A DNA stretch of 63,037 nucleotides, filler included, from Octopus bimaculoides (lineage: Eukaryota): assembly GCF_001194135.2 (NCBI RefSeq). It is 4 parts of 4 records of this genome, joined end to end, with 100 filler letters (N's around TTAATTAATTAA, not from the genome) between each part and the next. Parts side by side here need not be neighbours in the genome. Positions count along the whole stretch, not along the records: positions 1 to 18,216 come from NC_068991.1; positions 18,317 to 35,004 come from NC_068988.1; 2 more parts are not named here. One strand, given 5' to 3'. The translations under genes and the position numbers were made by a program. Below are positions 11,781 through 23,754 of this stretch, piece by piece. The notes beneath the pieces were generated by a model. It was not told where the DNA came from and ran no database searches. It saw nothing but the letters and a program-made list of their open reading frames with translations. Positions within the stretch are counted from its first letter, which is position 1; every line of letters begins with the position of its first letter.

Positions 11781-13844
11781 TAGTAGAAACAGCTGGAATG
11801 GTGGTACTAGTAACAGTATCATTAGTGGTAGTAGTCGCAATAGTATTTTGCTTTTTTATTTTATCTAATATTACAATGTGTGGATAATAGCGACTTTAGC
11901 GTCACTAGCAACGTGTTTCTAACGAAAACATCACAAGCTGATGCATTTTTCACAGCGAGAGTGAAAAGAGAGTGTCTGTAAGTTGGTTCAGAACAAATAT
12001 CACACAAATGTTTATTTGAAAACATTCCTTTTTTAAGGTTTCTCGCAGGTGCGGACGTCCTTTGCAAAGATACGCTTTTTGCATAGGCTTTTCGTATGTA
12101 AGGGTGAAAATGATCAAATACATCAATCTCACAAATAATGTTTGGTGAGTAATATCACGGGAGGCTCCAAAATATGCAATTTTATCAAATAGGGAGATTT
12201 GGTTGCTAGTCGTAGCGTGTCTCACAACCAGATCGAGGTTCCATTTTAGTTCAGAGTGGACGATGTAATTAAAAGTATGGTGTTCAAAGCTATCCCAGTT
12301 ACATCAACAATTATATGTAGTGCTATAACTGCTTTCAAACCTAGCCTACCTCTCCATTTCGAATAAGAAATTGCCTTTCTTAAACATAGCCTTCAGTGAT
12401 CCAACAAAGCGGTTACCAATGATTTCCTGCATGGAATTAAGGCCACCAATTTTATGGGAAAAATTATGTAAATTCAATTGTGTGTAGTCTCTATTTCATC
12501 CTACGGCCACACAGTTTGGAAATGGAGATTATTGAATTCAATTGATTGACTTAATCGGTTCTTATTGTATCGAACTTGGAATAAAGAACAACAGAATCGA
12601 TATCAGCAGAGGAAGGAAAGGGACGTAACTAAATGGCGCAAACGCCATTTGTATATATATAATACATATATATATGTATTATGTATGTAAGTATGTATGT
12701 ATGTATGTATGTATGTATGTATGTATGCACGTACATATATATTATGTATGTGTGTATGTGTGTGTGTGTGTGTGTCCGTGTGTGTGTGCGCGCGCGCCTA
12801 TACTGTCACACCATCAGATCCTGGTACGATTAATAAAGGTAAGTAATATTTAATAGAATTTCAAGAGAAGAAAATGAAAGAAGACAAATTTCATCGCGGT
12901 AATAAATCACTGGTTTTGTAATTTCTGGGTCCTGAGATCAAGTTTTGAAGGGTTCCAAGTTAACTATTTAGTATTCTAAATAGTAAAATAAGTAAATATA
13001 TAAAGAAAGAAAGAAAAAAATAGGAAAGAAAAGCAACGAGAAGACAAATGTGTATTTAATACAAAGCAATAAATCCTGGTTTATTTAAGCGAAGAATTAA
13101 AAAAAAAATTTGACATTTATGTATTTTATCGATTATTGGTATTCATTTGGTAATTGTTAGCTAATTCAAGAAATGTTGAAAGTAGAACCATGTTAGTCCT
13201 TCAGTAAATCACTCCATTATCACCACATAACCCACCACTACCACAAACAACAACACTGCCACGACCACAGCAAATGCTACAGGAAAATAAGACTCAACTA
13301 TAAGGCAGCTTAACGTTGGCATCTCTTCTAGCATAGATTCATTATATTCTCTGAAACCTACTATCTTAATAAATTAGTCAATGGAGGACTAATCTTTTCT
13401 AGCACTTCCCATATTGGTGCGATTGATATGACTGAATGTACAAGCAGAAAAACATGTAGAACAAAATAGGCTAGAAATAAAACTTAACCCGAGAGGAAAC
13501 AAAAAGTCTTGGCTCAGAAATCGAGCGAATTTTGTTAAAGAAGGTCAAAAAGCCGTCGTTTTAGGCTTATAGCATATTTCTGGAAATATACTAAATTCTG
13601 CTAAAGGTACGCAAGTACCAGGCTGTTGTGTTGCACTGGGAAGTGTATCAAGCTTACTACCCATACATTTAAGTAGGGAATAACATTCGGAATGGTTCAG
13701 TGCAGTAATAGTGTTAGAATACGAAGTGTCCACTTTTGGATCTGTTGTTTGCTACATCACTTTAATCACGACTGTCTGTGGCTGTTTCTCCATCGCCTAA
13801 ACTGTAAACGAAATGAAGCAAAGAAAAAAAAAAAGGGAGATATT

Positions 13845-14019
13845 CGCAGAAGTGGCTGTGTGGTAAGTAGCTTGCTTACCAACGACATGGTTCTGGGTTC
13901 AGTCCCACTGCGTGGCACCTTGGGTAAGTGTCTTCTACTATAGTCTCGGGCCGACCAAAGCCTTGTGAGTGGATTTGGTAGACGGAAACTGAAAGAAGCC
14001 CGTCGTATATATGTATAAG

Positions 14020-14051
<32 letters not shown>

Positions 14052-14259
14052 CGTGTTTGTGTGTCAGTGTTTGTCCCCAGCATCGCTTGACAACCGATGC
14101 TGCTGTGTTTACGTCCCCGTAACTTAGCGGTTCGGTAAAAGAGAGACCGATAGAATAAGTACTAGGCTTACAAGTCCTGGGGTCGATTTGCTCGACGAAA
14201 GGCGGTGCTCCAGCATAGCCGCAGTAAAATGACTGAAACAAGTAAAAGAGTAAAAGAGT
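13845..14259 (+). mobile_element. SINE family B (CORE-type), full length with internal TA/TG microsatellite
   Basis: tRNA-like head GTGGCTGTGTGGTAAG..GGTTCAGTCCC, CORE-like GCACCTTGGGTAAGTGTCTT, tail (GTAAAAGA)n. Multiple copies in window. Confidence 0.9.
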
Positions 14260-14583
14260 AATAGAGATCGTAAACTTACCGTATTTTTATCGCAAACAAT
14301 AACATTTTCATGCAACGTCTTAATCAGTTGAAACAATTGAGTTGTGCACCTTAGTTTGTTGAGCACTCACATCACCTTGCTTAGAATGTTCGCTGCTGAA
14401 GCTACAACAAACAGTAAATTGGGTGCTTACAGACTAAATGTAGTAAACCATTTTGACACATCTCGATTGCATTATTTTTTTCGTAATCTTGAAGGTTTTA
14501 AAATATAAGTTTTTCTTTGACTATAAGAATCTAGCAGCGTACAAAGGAAGCACAATGAGGAGACTAATAGTAGATTATATTAA

Positions 14584-14812
14584 AGCTATTTTACTGTGTC
14601 TGGGGGAAAGTCATTCTCCTTTAGTGCCTTATTAATTTAACACACTCACCGGTCTGATTTCCATTCATTTACTTGAAACGACCATTGAAAAGGCTGCAAA
14701 ACGCAACGAGAATTTTATTAAAAATAAATGAGTGGAAATCAAACCGGTGAGTGCGTTAAATTAATAAGGCATTCAAAGAGAATGACTTTCCCCAGACATA
14801 ATAAAATATGCT
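14584..14812. mobile_element. Foldback/MITE with about 85-bp imperfect TIRs
   Basis: TGTGTCTGGGGGAAAGTCATTCTC..CACTCACCGGT is inverted as ACCGGTGAGTG..GAGAATGACTTTCCCCAGACATA. Second copy at 48039-48290. Confidence 0.85.
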
Positions 14813-15119
14813 CCAAAACACGATATCACATAAACTTGCAAACGAGATACAAAAACGAAATATTAAAGATAATGCTATCACTAAATGGAAAGTAGATTTG
14901 TCTCGTAGGGTCAATAAGTGATGTAAAATTGCCTCAAACGCTTTGCTAAACTGGATTGTGAATCTTATCTGAGAATTTACCTCTTCTTGCTTTGAGTGCT
15001 CGCAGTTGAAGCTATAAGAAAGTAAACTGAGTGCTTGCAAACTTAATGTAGTCCAACGAGGAAGGTTAATCAATTACAACCGTATCTATAGCATGGCGAA
15101 GACATACACTCATTATATC

Positions 15120-15307
15120 GATTTTAAATTTTGACGCAAGGCCAGTAATATTGGGGTAGGAGCAAATCGATTGCACCGATCCTAGTATTTAAACTGGTAC
15201 CTAATATATCGACCTTGGCGGAATTTGCACTGGGAATGTAAGGACCGACGAATGCCACTAAGCATTTTGCCCCAGGATGCTAACGATTCTACCAGCACGC
15301 CGCCTTA
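15120..15307 (-). mobile_element. SINE family A with internal deletion
   Basis: Aligns to family A but lacks the core segment between the two TCGACC words. Confidence 0.8.
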
Positions 15308-16721
15308 CACACTCATTATATTAACGTCAAACTCTGCTCAAACTAGGTCATAGAGATAACTCAATAATCTACTATAACCATATTCTTGTGTTTTTCTCCG
15401 TCACAACAATATGAATGAGAAAGGAAGGGGTGATGGCAAACTGGTAGTGGGATGATGGAAATTCTACGGTGAAAAATCAAGCAGCATTTCAACTCTGTGT
15501 GAGTATATGCGTGTATATGTAAAAGGGAGTTATATAAACGTGTGTATGTGTTTGTGTGTGTGTGTGCGCGCGCGCGATGGACGCACACACACGCACACAC
15601 ACACACTCTCTCTCTCACACACACACTTACACATGCACACATGGACTCATGAAATTGCTAGTTTGAATAAATTCACAATCTTTCTCCCCCCCTCTCTCTC
15701 TCTCTCTTTCTATCTCGATCTATCTCCCTCTCTCTCTCTCTCTCTAGAAAAGAGAGAGAGGAGAACTACAGGAAATTAAAATGATATAGATATATATGCA
15801 TTTACGTAAATATGTGTGTGTATATATGTGCTACATGTGTATATGTATGAGCGCATAGATCTCACTTTTTATGCAAAAACATTATATGCATATACATAAG
15901 TGGAGTTACTGTTACGCTGTTAAAAATAAATGTTTTTCTTATAGATAAGTGGAAGAAAGAAACGTTTTATAAGCTGTGTATAAATTTCGGTTAGCTATTG
16001 TATATTATAGATGATACAAACGTCCTTTTTGCAAACTATTGTTATATCTCTGTTGGTTATTGACACGATGACATAATGAAATGTATGTACAAGCATTAAA
16101 GAAAAAAGATTCACAGCAAACACAGTCGTGTATCAAATACAATGTATTTGAAAGCAAATTATTCCCCTACCATGTATAGATTTGTGTGTTTATGTGTGTG
16201 CTTGTGTGTGTATTATTTATGTATGCATGTGAGTTTGTATAAACGTGCACACATATTTTGTATTCAAGTGTGCTATGTATTGAGTTTTTATCTCTTATAT
16301 AGATACTCTTTGTCAAACTACGCATTATCATTCAACAGAATGTAATGGTATATATATGTATATANNNNNNNNNNNNNNNNNNNNNNNNNNNNNNNNNNNN
16401 NNNNNNNNNNNNNNNNNNNNNNNNNNNNNNNNNNNNNNNNNNNNNNNNNNNNNNNNNNNNNNNNNNNNNNNNNNNNNNNNNNNNNNNNNNNNNNNNNNNN
16501 NNNNNNNNNNNNNNNNNNNNNNNNNNNNNNNNNNNNNNNNNNNNNNNNNNNNNNNNNNNNNNNNNNNNNNNNNNNNNNNNNNNNNNNNNNNNNNNNNNNN
16601 NNNNNNNNNNNNNNNNNNNNNNNNNNNNNNNNNNNNNNNNNNNNNNNNNNNNNNNNNNNNNNNNNNNNNNNNNNNNNNNNNNNNNNNNNNNNNNNNNNNN
16701 NNNNNNNNNNNNNNNNNNNNN

Positions 16722-16752
<31 letters not shown>

Positions 16753-17983
16753 AACATCTATATATAGATAGATGAATAGATAGATACAGTGTGTGTGCAA
16801 ATGTATATATATATATATATGTGTGTGTGTGTTTGTGTGTTTGTGTAATCTATAAGGAAAAAATTGTATAATATACATATATGTATATACATATATGTAT
16901 ATACATATATATATTTATATATATGTATATACGTATATATTTATATCTGTTTGTGTGTGCATGTGTATGTATTTACGTATATGTTACGCTTATATACGGA
17001 GCAGATTTCCTTATAAACATACATTGATGACTCGACTACAATTGACTTTACGTTTTTATATTGTTGTTATTTCCTATAGTCATCCTATAAAGTAAACAAC
17101 TAACAAAAGCATGATAATAAAACGGCCGACGAAGTATGTCTATAATATAAAGTACAATATGTATCTGAAATTTCAATTCAGCAATTACAAAAGGTCTCTT
17201 ATCTCCCGTAGGTCAAGAAGTTGTTCGAGTTTTATCAATCCCTGATACATCATTTTTGTCTTCCTAGCACAATAGCTGTGACTCTCCCACCAACTACCGT
17301 GTCATATATACAGATAAATATGTGTGTGTGTGTTTGTATGTATACACACACATACATACAGATATATAGATAAAAATATATATACAAATATATATATATA
17401 TATATATTAAAGCTCCATACATTTGGGTGCACCTTTCTGTAGGTGTTATCAATAACACACACATGCACATATATAGATAATTCATATAAATGGGCGCCAT
17501 TTTGGCGTGTGATCTACAAGGGAGATTACTTCAGGCTACATTTTAGTTTACTTCGTGTTAGTGCTACTTTCCGTCTGCTCTACGCGAGCAAACTTACTTT
17601 GGTGCGTAATCTACGCGCTCATTCTAATTGTTATTTGGTTTTCTTATTATTAAAATTGGAAGAATTAAAAAAAAAATATACGTTTACAATACTAAGTATG
17701 TACGAAATAATTAAAAAAAAAGTAACCTAAAGTAATCTTCTTTGTAGATCACACGCCAAAGCAGCACCTATACGTTTGTATGTTTCTGGCTACACATATA
17801 TATATATATACATACACATACATACATATACATGTATACAGATACATAAGCATACCGTGTCTGAGCATGCGTGTGGCTGTGTACGTTGTATTTTTCTGTA
17901 TTAGTCATATTTTGAATTCTATTTAGAAAATACGAATGAATTGCCAGTGTAACCTGAGTACGCCGGTTAACATCCCCCTTCAC

Positions 17984-17989
17984 ATTATT

Positions 17990-18060
<71 letters not shown>

Positions 18061-18102
18061 CATTATTATTATTATTATTATTATCATTATTATTATTATT
18101 AT
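17984..18102. repeat. (ATT)n microsatellite
   Basis: Direct reading. Confidence 0.95.
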
Positions 18103-18216
18103 TTTATGTTTGACTTTTGTTTTGCATTTGTACAAGTTGGATCCAAGTCTCACCCAGAGACCTCAAGAGACAACAAGTTAGAAGTTCATGTAGGTGTTAT
18201 GCCTAGAGTACCATAT

Positions 18217-18316
18217 NNNNNNNNNNNNNNNNNNNNNNNNNNNNNNNNNNNNNNNNNNNNTTAATTAATTAANNNNNNNNNNNNNNNNNNNNNNNNNNNN
18301 NNNNNNNNNNNNNNNN
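18217..18316. other. Artificial scaffold linker: 44 N + TTAATTAATTAA + 44 N
   Basis: Exactly 100 bp. The 12-mer has stops in all six frames, and the structure is identical at 35005 and 60997. Confidence 0.95.
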
Positions 18317-18388
18317 CAGTGGGACTGAATCCGGAACCATGTGGTTTGGAAGCAAGCTTCTTACCATACACCCCCATCTGTGCCTATA
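18317..18388 (-). mobile_element. SINE family B head
   Basis: CAGTGGGACTGAATCCGGAACCATGTGG..AGCAAGCTTCTTACC is the reverse complement of the family B head. Confidence 0.8.
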
Positions 18389-18623
18389 ACTATTAATCTG
18401 CATTGACCAGGGCTGACTTGGGGGCAAAGTTGCAACAGTCCACACGTACCTGAAACAGTGATGCTGCTATTACACACACACACACATGCACACACACACA
18501 CACAGTGTAGACCACATAACAGTACTGCTCACATATATTCAACAGAGCGCAAATGATATTACATATTACTAAACCACATTACAGCACATCTCACATATCT
18601 AGAAGTGTTGCTGTGTTGTTATA

Positions 18624-18853
18624 CGAAGGGGAATTGAAAAGTTCCTGGATTTGGGTAAAAAAAAAAAAAAACCCAGAAGATCAGTTAATTATGATCTTTT
18701 TCAACATATTCCCCTCTCATATTCACACACTTATTGCTATGGTCCTTGAGTTTTTTTTAAGCTTTTAAGCCCTGTAAAAGAACTCAGAAGTTTGAGCCTC
18801 CAACTAAGCCTTTGCAACACTCTTAAAGCCAGGAACTTTTCAGCACCCCCTCG
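18624..18853. mobile_element. Mariner-type MITE (about 230 bp)
   Basis: TIRs CGAAGGGGAATTGAAAAGTTCCTGG / CCAGGAACTTTTCAGCACCCCCTCG; TA on the left flank. Confidence 0.8.
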
Positions 18854-19296
18854 TGTGTGTGTGTGTGTGNNNNNNNNNNNNNNNNNNNNNNNNNNNNNNN
18901 NNNNNNNNNNNNNNNNNNNNNNNNNNNNNNNNNNNNNNNNNNNNNNNNNNNNNNNNNNNNNNNNNNNNNNNNNNNNNNNNNNNNNNNNNNNNNNNNNNNN
19001 NNNNNNNNNNNNNNNNNNNNNNNNNNNNNNNNNNNNNNNNNNNNNNNNNNNNNNNNNNNNNNNNNNNNNNNNNNNNNNNNNNNNNNNNNNNNNNNNNNNN
19101 NNNNNNNNNNNNNNNNNNNNNNNNNNNNNNNNNNNNNNNNNNNNNNNNNNNNNNNNNNNNNNNNNNNNNNNNNNNNNNNNNNNNNNNNNNNNNNNNNNNN
19201 NNNNNNNNNNNNNNNNNNNNNNNNNNNNNNNNNNNNNNNNNNNNNNNNNNNNNNNNNNNNNNNNNNNNNNNNNNNNNNNNNNNNNNNNNNNNNNNN

Positions 19297-19510
<214 letters not shown>

Positions 19511-19528
19511 TATATATATATATATATA

Positions 19529-19570
19529 TGAGGGGGTGATGAAAAGTTCCTGACTTTCAGCACCCCCTCG
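19529..19570. mobile_element. Collapsed 42-bp derivative of the mariner MITE (fused TIRs)
   Basis: TGAGGGGGTGATGAAAAGTTCCTG is joined directly to ACTTTCAGCACCCCCTCG, between TA dinucleotides. Confidence 0.8.
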
Positions 19571-19730
19571 TATACATACATACATCGTCAACCACATTAC
19601 AATATCCCTCACATATCCAGTAGAGTCTTTATTGTTGTTACTTATTCAAACATTCTAAACCCCATTACAACACAGCTCACATATCCAGAGATAGTGCTAT
19701 TGTTTATATGTACACATACATGCCCTAAAC

Positions 19731-20024
19731 CAGGCCTGGCCAACTCAAATTACATCGTGGGCCACTTTTAATCACAGAAAGTTTTGTGAGGGCCACTTGT
19801 ACACTGACAGAATTGAAAGCATTTTGCTTTATCAATGCTATTATCACAATAATGAATGAATGATTGTTGATTCAACATGAAATATTATCATTGCAAAAAC
19901 AGTAGTATCTTCCTTTTTTTACTTTTCATTAAAATCTTTAATTTTTGATAAAATTTTTATAATGTTAGTTTTAATAAATCCATTTCAAGAAAGTATTAAG
20001 CAGGCCTCAGGTTGGCCAGCCTTG
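19731..20024. mobile_element. hAT-Charlie-type non-autonomous element
   Basis: TIRs CAGGCCTGGCCAAC / GTTGGCCAGCCTTG. The 8-bp flanks CCCTAAAC / CTCTAAAT fit the NTCTARAN-type Charlie TSD. Confidence 0.75.
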
Positions 20025-20424
20025 CTCTAAATCATATTACAGTACTACCCACAACTACCCAATTGTTGCTACTCTCTACCTTCTCCCTGCCCACCCCCAT
20101 CTCAACTGATAAAATATCACAATTGGCACATTGTTTCAATGTTTCCCATCGTGTGTTCCCTCCACCAAACTTGACACTTACTGCTCCATGTTATCTTTCC
20201 TCCTCACACCACGATTTTTAACCCACCTTCTACTGATATCATCAGTGGGGAAGGTGCCCTATAATTGTGACAGGTGAGGTCTCTTCTTCCCTTCCTACTT
20301 GGCTTACCTGCTTCTGCCCAAAATAAAATGTGGAAGTCCCAAATGAACAGTGAGATTAGATATACGCAGGTGATAAGGTATACTAAACGACCGACCTAAC
20401 AATTACAGTATGCAGTTAGTTGTC

Positions 20425-20800
20425 ACTATGTGTGTGTGCGTGTGTGTGCATGTGTATGTGTGTATTTGTGTATGTGTATATGCATGCATATGTGTGTGTG
20501 TCTGTGCAAATGTTTGAGTGAGTGTGTGAGTGAAAAGTGAGCATGTGTTTGTCTGTCTGTCAGAGAGAGAGAGAGAGAGTGAGAGAAAAAGAAAGAGAAA
20601 CAGGAAAGAGCAAGAGAAGTGTTATGTGAGCATGTGTATGTATTTGTACGTGCATGTGTGTATGTGTGTTTGTCTGTCAGTGCATGTGTGTGTGAAGTGT
20701 GTGTGCATATGCGTCTATATGTGTGCATGCATGCATATGTGTCAGTATGAGAATATGCATATGTAAATGCATATATACCTGTGTGTGCATGTGTATGTTG
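20425..20800. repeat. Degenerate (TG)n/(GA)n compound microsatellite
   Basis: Direct reading. Confidence 0.9.
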
Positions 20801-20856
20801 GAAAGAAGGGCAAGAGAGTACCTAGACAACAATAAGATAACAGATACGTGGTTGTT

Positions 20857-21858
20857 CGTACGCAAGGCAGACTGTATGACGCATGCGTACGAACAACCAT
20901 GCTACATGGCAGTGAAACATGGGCTGTAACTGCTGAGGACATACGTAAGCTCGCAAGGAATGAAGCCAGTATGCTCCGTTGGATGTGTAATGTCAATGTG
21001 AATNNNNNNNNNNNNNNNNNNNNNNNNNNNNNNNNNNNNNNNNNNNNNNNNNNNNNNNNNNNNNNNNNNNNNNNNNNNNNNNNNNNNNNNNNNNNNNNNN
21101 NNNNNNNNNNNNNNNNNNNNNNNNNNNNNNNNNNNNNNNNNNNNNNNNNNNNNNNNNNNNNNNNNNNNNNNNNNNNNNNNNNNNNNNNNNNNNNNNNNNN
21201 NNNNNNNNNNNNNNNNNNNNNNNNNNNNNNNNNNNNNNNNNNNNNNNNNNNNNNNNNNNNNNNNNNNNNNNNNNNNNNNNNNNNNNNNNNNNNNNNNNNN
21301 NNNNNNNNNNNNNNNNNNNNNNNNNNNNNNNNNNNNNNNNNNNNNNNNNNNNNNNNNNNNNNNNNNNNNNNNNNNNNNNNNNNNNNNNNNNNNNNNNNNN
21401 NNNNNNNNNNNNNNNNNNNNNNNNNNNNNNNNNNNNNNNNNNNNNNNNNNNNNNNNNNNNNNNNNNNNNNNNNNNNNNNNNNNNNNNNNNNNNNNNNNNN
21501 NNNNNNNNNNNNNNNNNNNNNNNNNNNNNNNNNNNNNNNNNNNNNNNNNNNNNNNNNNNNNNNNNNNNNNNNNNNNNNNNNNNNNNNNNNNNNNNNNNNN
21601 NNNNNNNNNNNNNNNNNNNNNNNNNNNNNNNNNNNNNNNNNNNNNNNNNNNNNNNNNGTGGCCGTTTTCGTGCGGGTGACACGTAAAAGCACCCACTACA
21701 CTCTCTGAGTGGTTGGCGTTAGGAAGGGCATCCAGCTGTAGAAACTCTGCCAAATCAGACTGGAGCCTGGTGTTGCCATCCGGTTTCACCAGTCCTCAGT
21801 CAAATCGTCCAACCCATGCTAGCATGGAAAGCGGACGTTAAACGATGATGATGATGAT
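20857..21858 (+). mobile_element. 5'-truncated RTE-clade LINE (ORF2 C-terminus, N gap, 3' tail)
   Basis: GRLYDACVRTTMLHGSETWAVTAEDIRKLARNEASMLRWMCNV matches the RTE YGSETW/MLRWMC region. After the gap, the tail ends GCATGGAAAGCGGACGTTAAACGATGATGATG. Continuity across the gap is inferred. Confidence 0.85.
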
Positions 21859-22222
21859 ACAGATATAGCTTACCTAGTATAATCTATATCACTATATTTA
21901 CTTAACTACCTTACTGATTTTGATCTTACCTGCTGTTTTCCACAAATTGATTTTACAGTTTTCTTTCCCCCACCCCAACCAACAACTTCTATTCTTCTCT
22001 TTTTCACTCTTCTCTTCATCCTACACCTTTCATTTTTCTTGTATTCCCTTTCTGCCTTTTTCTTTGGTTTTATTTCCTTCCAGCTTTGTGTCACAACTCA
22101 AATAAGATGTGATCAACTGTCACATCTTGTACTCTCCATAGTCATTTGAGATTTGCACCAGGTACACTGTCATTTGACTTGACATGGAACTATCTTAGCA
22201 TTTCCTCTAATCTCTTTTCTCT

Positions 22223-22262
<40 letters not shown>

Positions 22263-22267
<5 letters not shown>

Positions 22268-23150
22268 GGTACGTTGGGTAAATTGTAATCATTTTATATT
22301 TTTAATTTCGCATATGCACATTGATTGTTTTTGATTTTACCAACTACACAGTATAGTAGGGTCAGTTGGGCACCATCTGTGAGAAAAATAGTACCATGAC
22401 GCAATTCACTCTGCCAGAAATTTGGAAATGACATGCTGCACTACTTGGCATTCACTCTGGAAGCTCCAATACGAATATTTCAGAGTGTATTTGGGTGTCA
22501 ATCTGAAGACAGTGCAATCTGAGGACATGTACCGAGAGTGATAAAAATCAAACATCCAGTCAACATCATGGTGTTTAGAGTGATCACTAGTGATGGCAAC
22601 ATTATGCCTCCATTCATCTTCCCACATGGCCTCAGACTCAACATGGAGGCCTACATTAAGTGCCTGGAGGAGGTAGTGCTGCCCTGGGTCAAGAGGGTCG
22701 CTGCTGGAAGACCTATGTCTGGCAACAGGACTCATGCCATACAAGCAGGAGAACCCAGTCAAGACTGTCAGACAATTTCTGCGACCACATCACCCCTAAT
22801 ACCTGGCCACCATTGCATTCCCCAGATTGCAACACCCTTGATTACTATGTGTGAGTTGCAGTTGAGTGAGAGACCAACAAAACTCCTCGTAACACCAAAG
22901 ATGAAATGAAGGTAAGGATTATGGCAGCATTCACCAACTTAAACAAGGAGACCGTCCAGAAGAGTTGTAGAAGATTCCAAAGTCATCTGGAGGCCGTGGT
23001 TGAAGCCAATGGCGATTTTAATGAATAAATTTACTCTTTAGTATTTCAAGATATTTTTATGTAATGTTGGTAAATATAACTGTTAAAATGAGATGTCAAT
23101 ATTACTTTTATTTTTGCATAATTTAGACAACAATTTATTCACCACACCTG
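22263..23150 (+). mobile_element. maT (DD37D-type) Tc1/mariner transposase remnant, internally deleted
   Basis: KHPVNIMVFRVITSDGNIMPPFIFPHGLRLN, YVWQQD..CHTSRRTQ, TWPP..SPDCNTLDYYV and C-terminal RRFQSHLEAVVEANGDF. The second-to-third Asp spacing is 36 aa in this indel-bearing copy. Right end CACACCTG-TA; left end uncertain. Confidence 0.85.
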
Positions 23151-23614
23151 TATTTATACATATGTATGTATAAGCTGTAATTTTTGTATGATTATGTATT
23201 GTTAATATAACAATACATAAAGACGGGCTAGAGCTGAAGTGGTCAGAAACGGTCCCTAGATGTATACTTTTAACTTAACTTTTATATTATACGTTTTTTT
23301 TTAATCCTATCCTAATGTACACGTTTTTAATATAATACATGTAAATTTATAACTTCATCATACCGTATATATTTACCCATTATATGTTATATCATAATGT
23401 ACGTTTATATATCGTAATGTTTTAACTTAAATTGTTATATTTTTATACAATTTGGAAATTATGCATGTTTATAAATATTTTTAAATAAATATTTTGAACA
23501 TTCATGATTTTTCTAAAGTTTATATCGTTGTATTTGCCTGTCTTTTTACCGTACCTTTTAGACACTTTAAAAACTGAAAACTATAAATTTATTTATTGAT
23601 TCTTGAAGGAATTG

Positions 23615-23649
<35 letters not shown>

Positions 23650-23754
23650 TATATCTTGCGTTGGACATATGGTATTGTTCTTGTGGTTATCCACCCTTAT
23701 GTATCTATCTTTACTATAAGATACATATGTATGTATGTACGTATATATATATAT

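Noticed and set aside
14756-15073. 105-aa minus ORF
   Set aside because: Its 3' end runs into a MITE arm and no motif is recognised.
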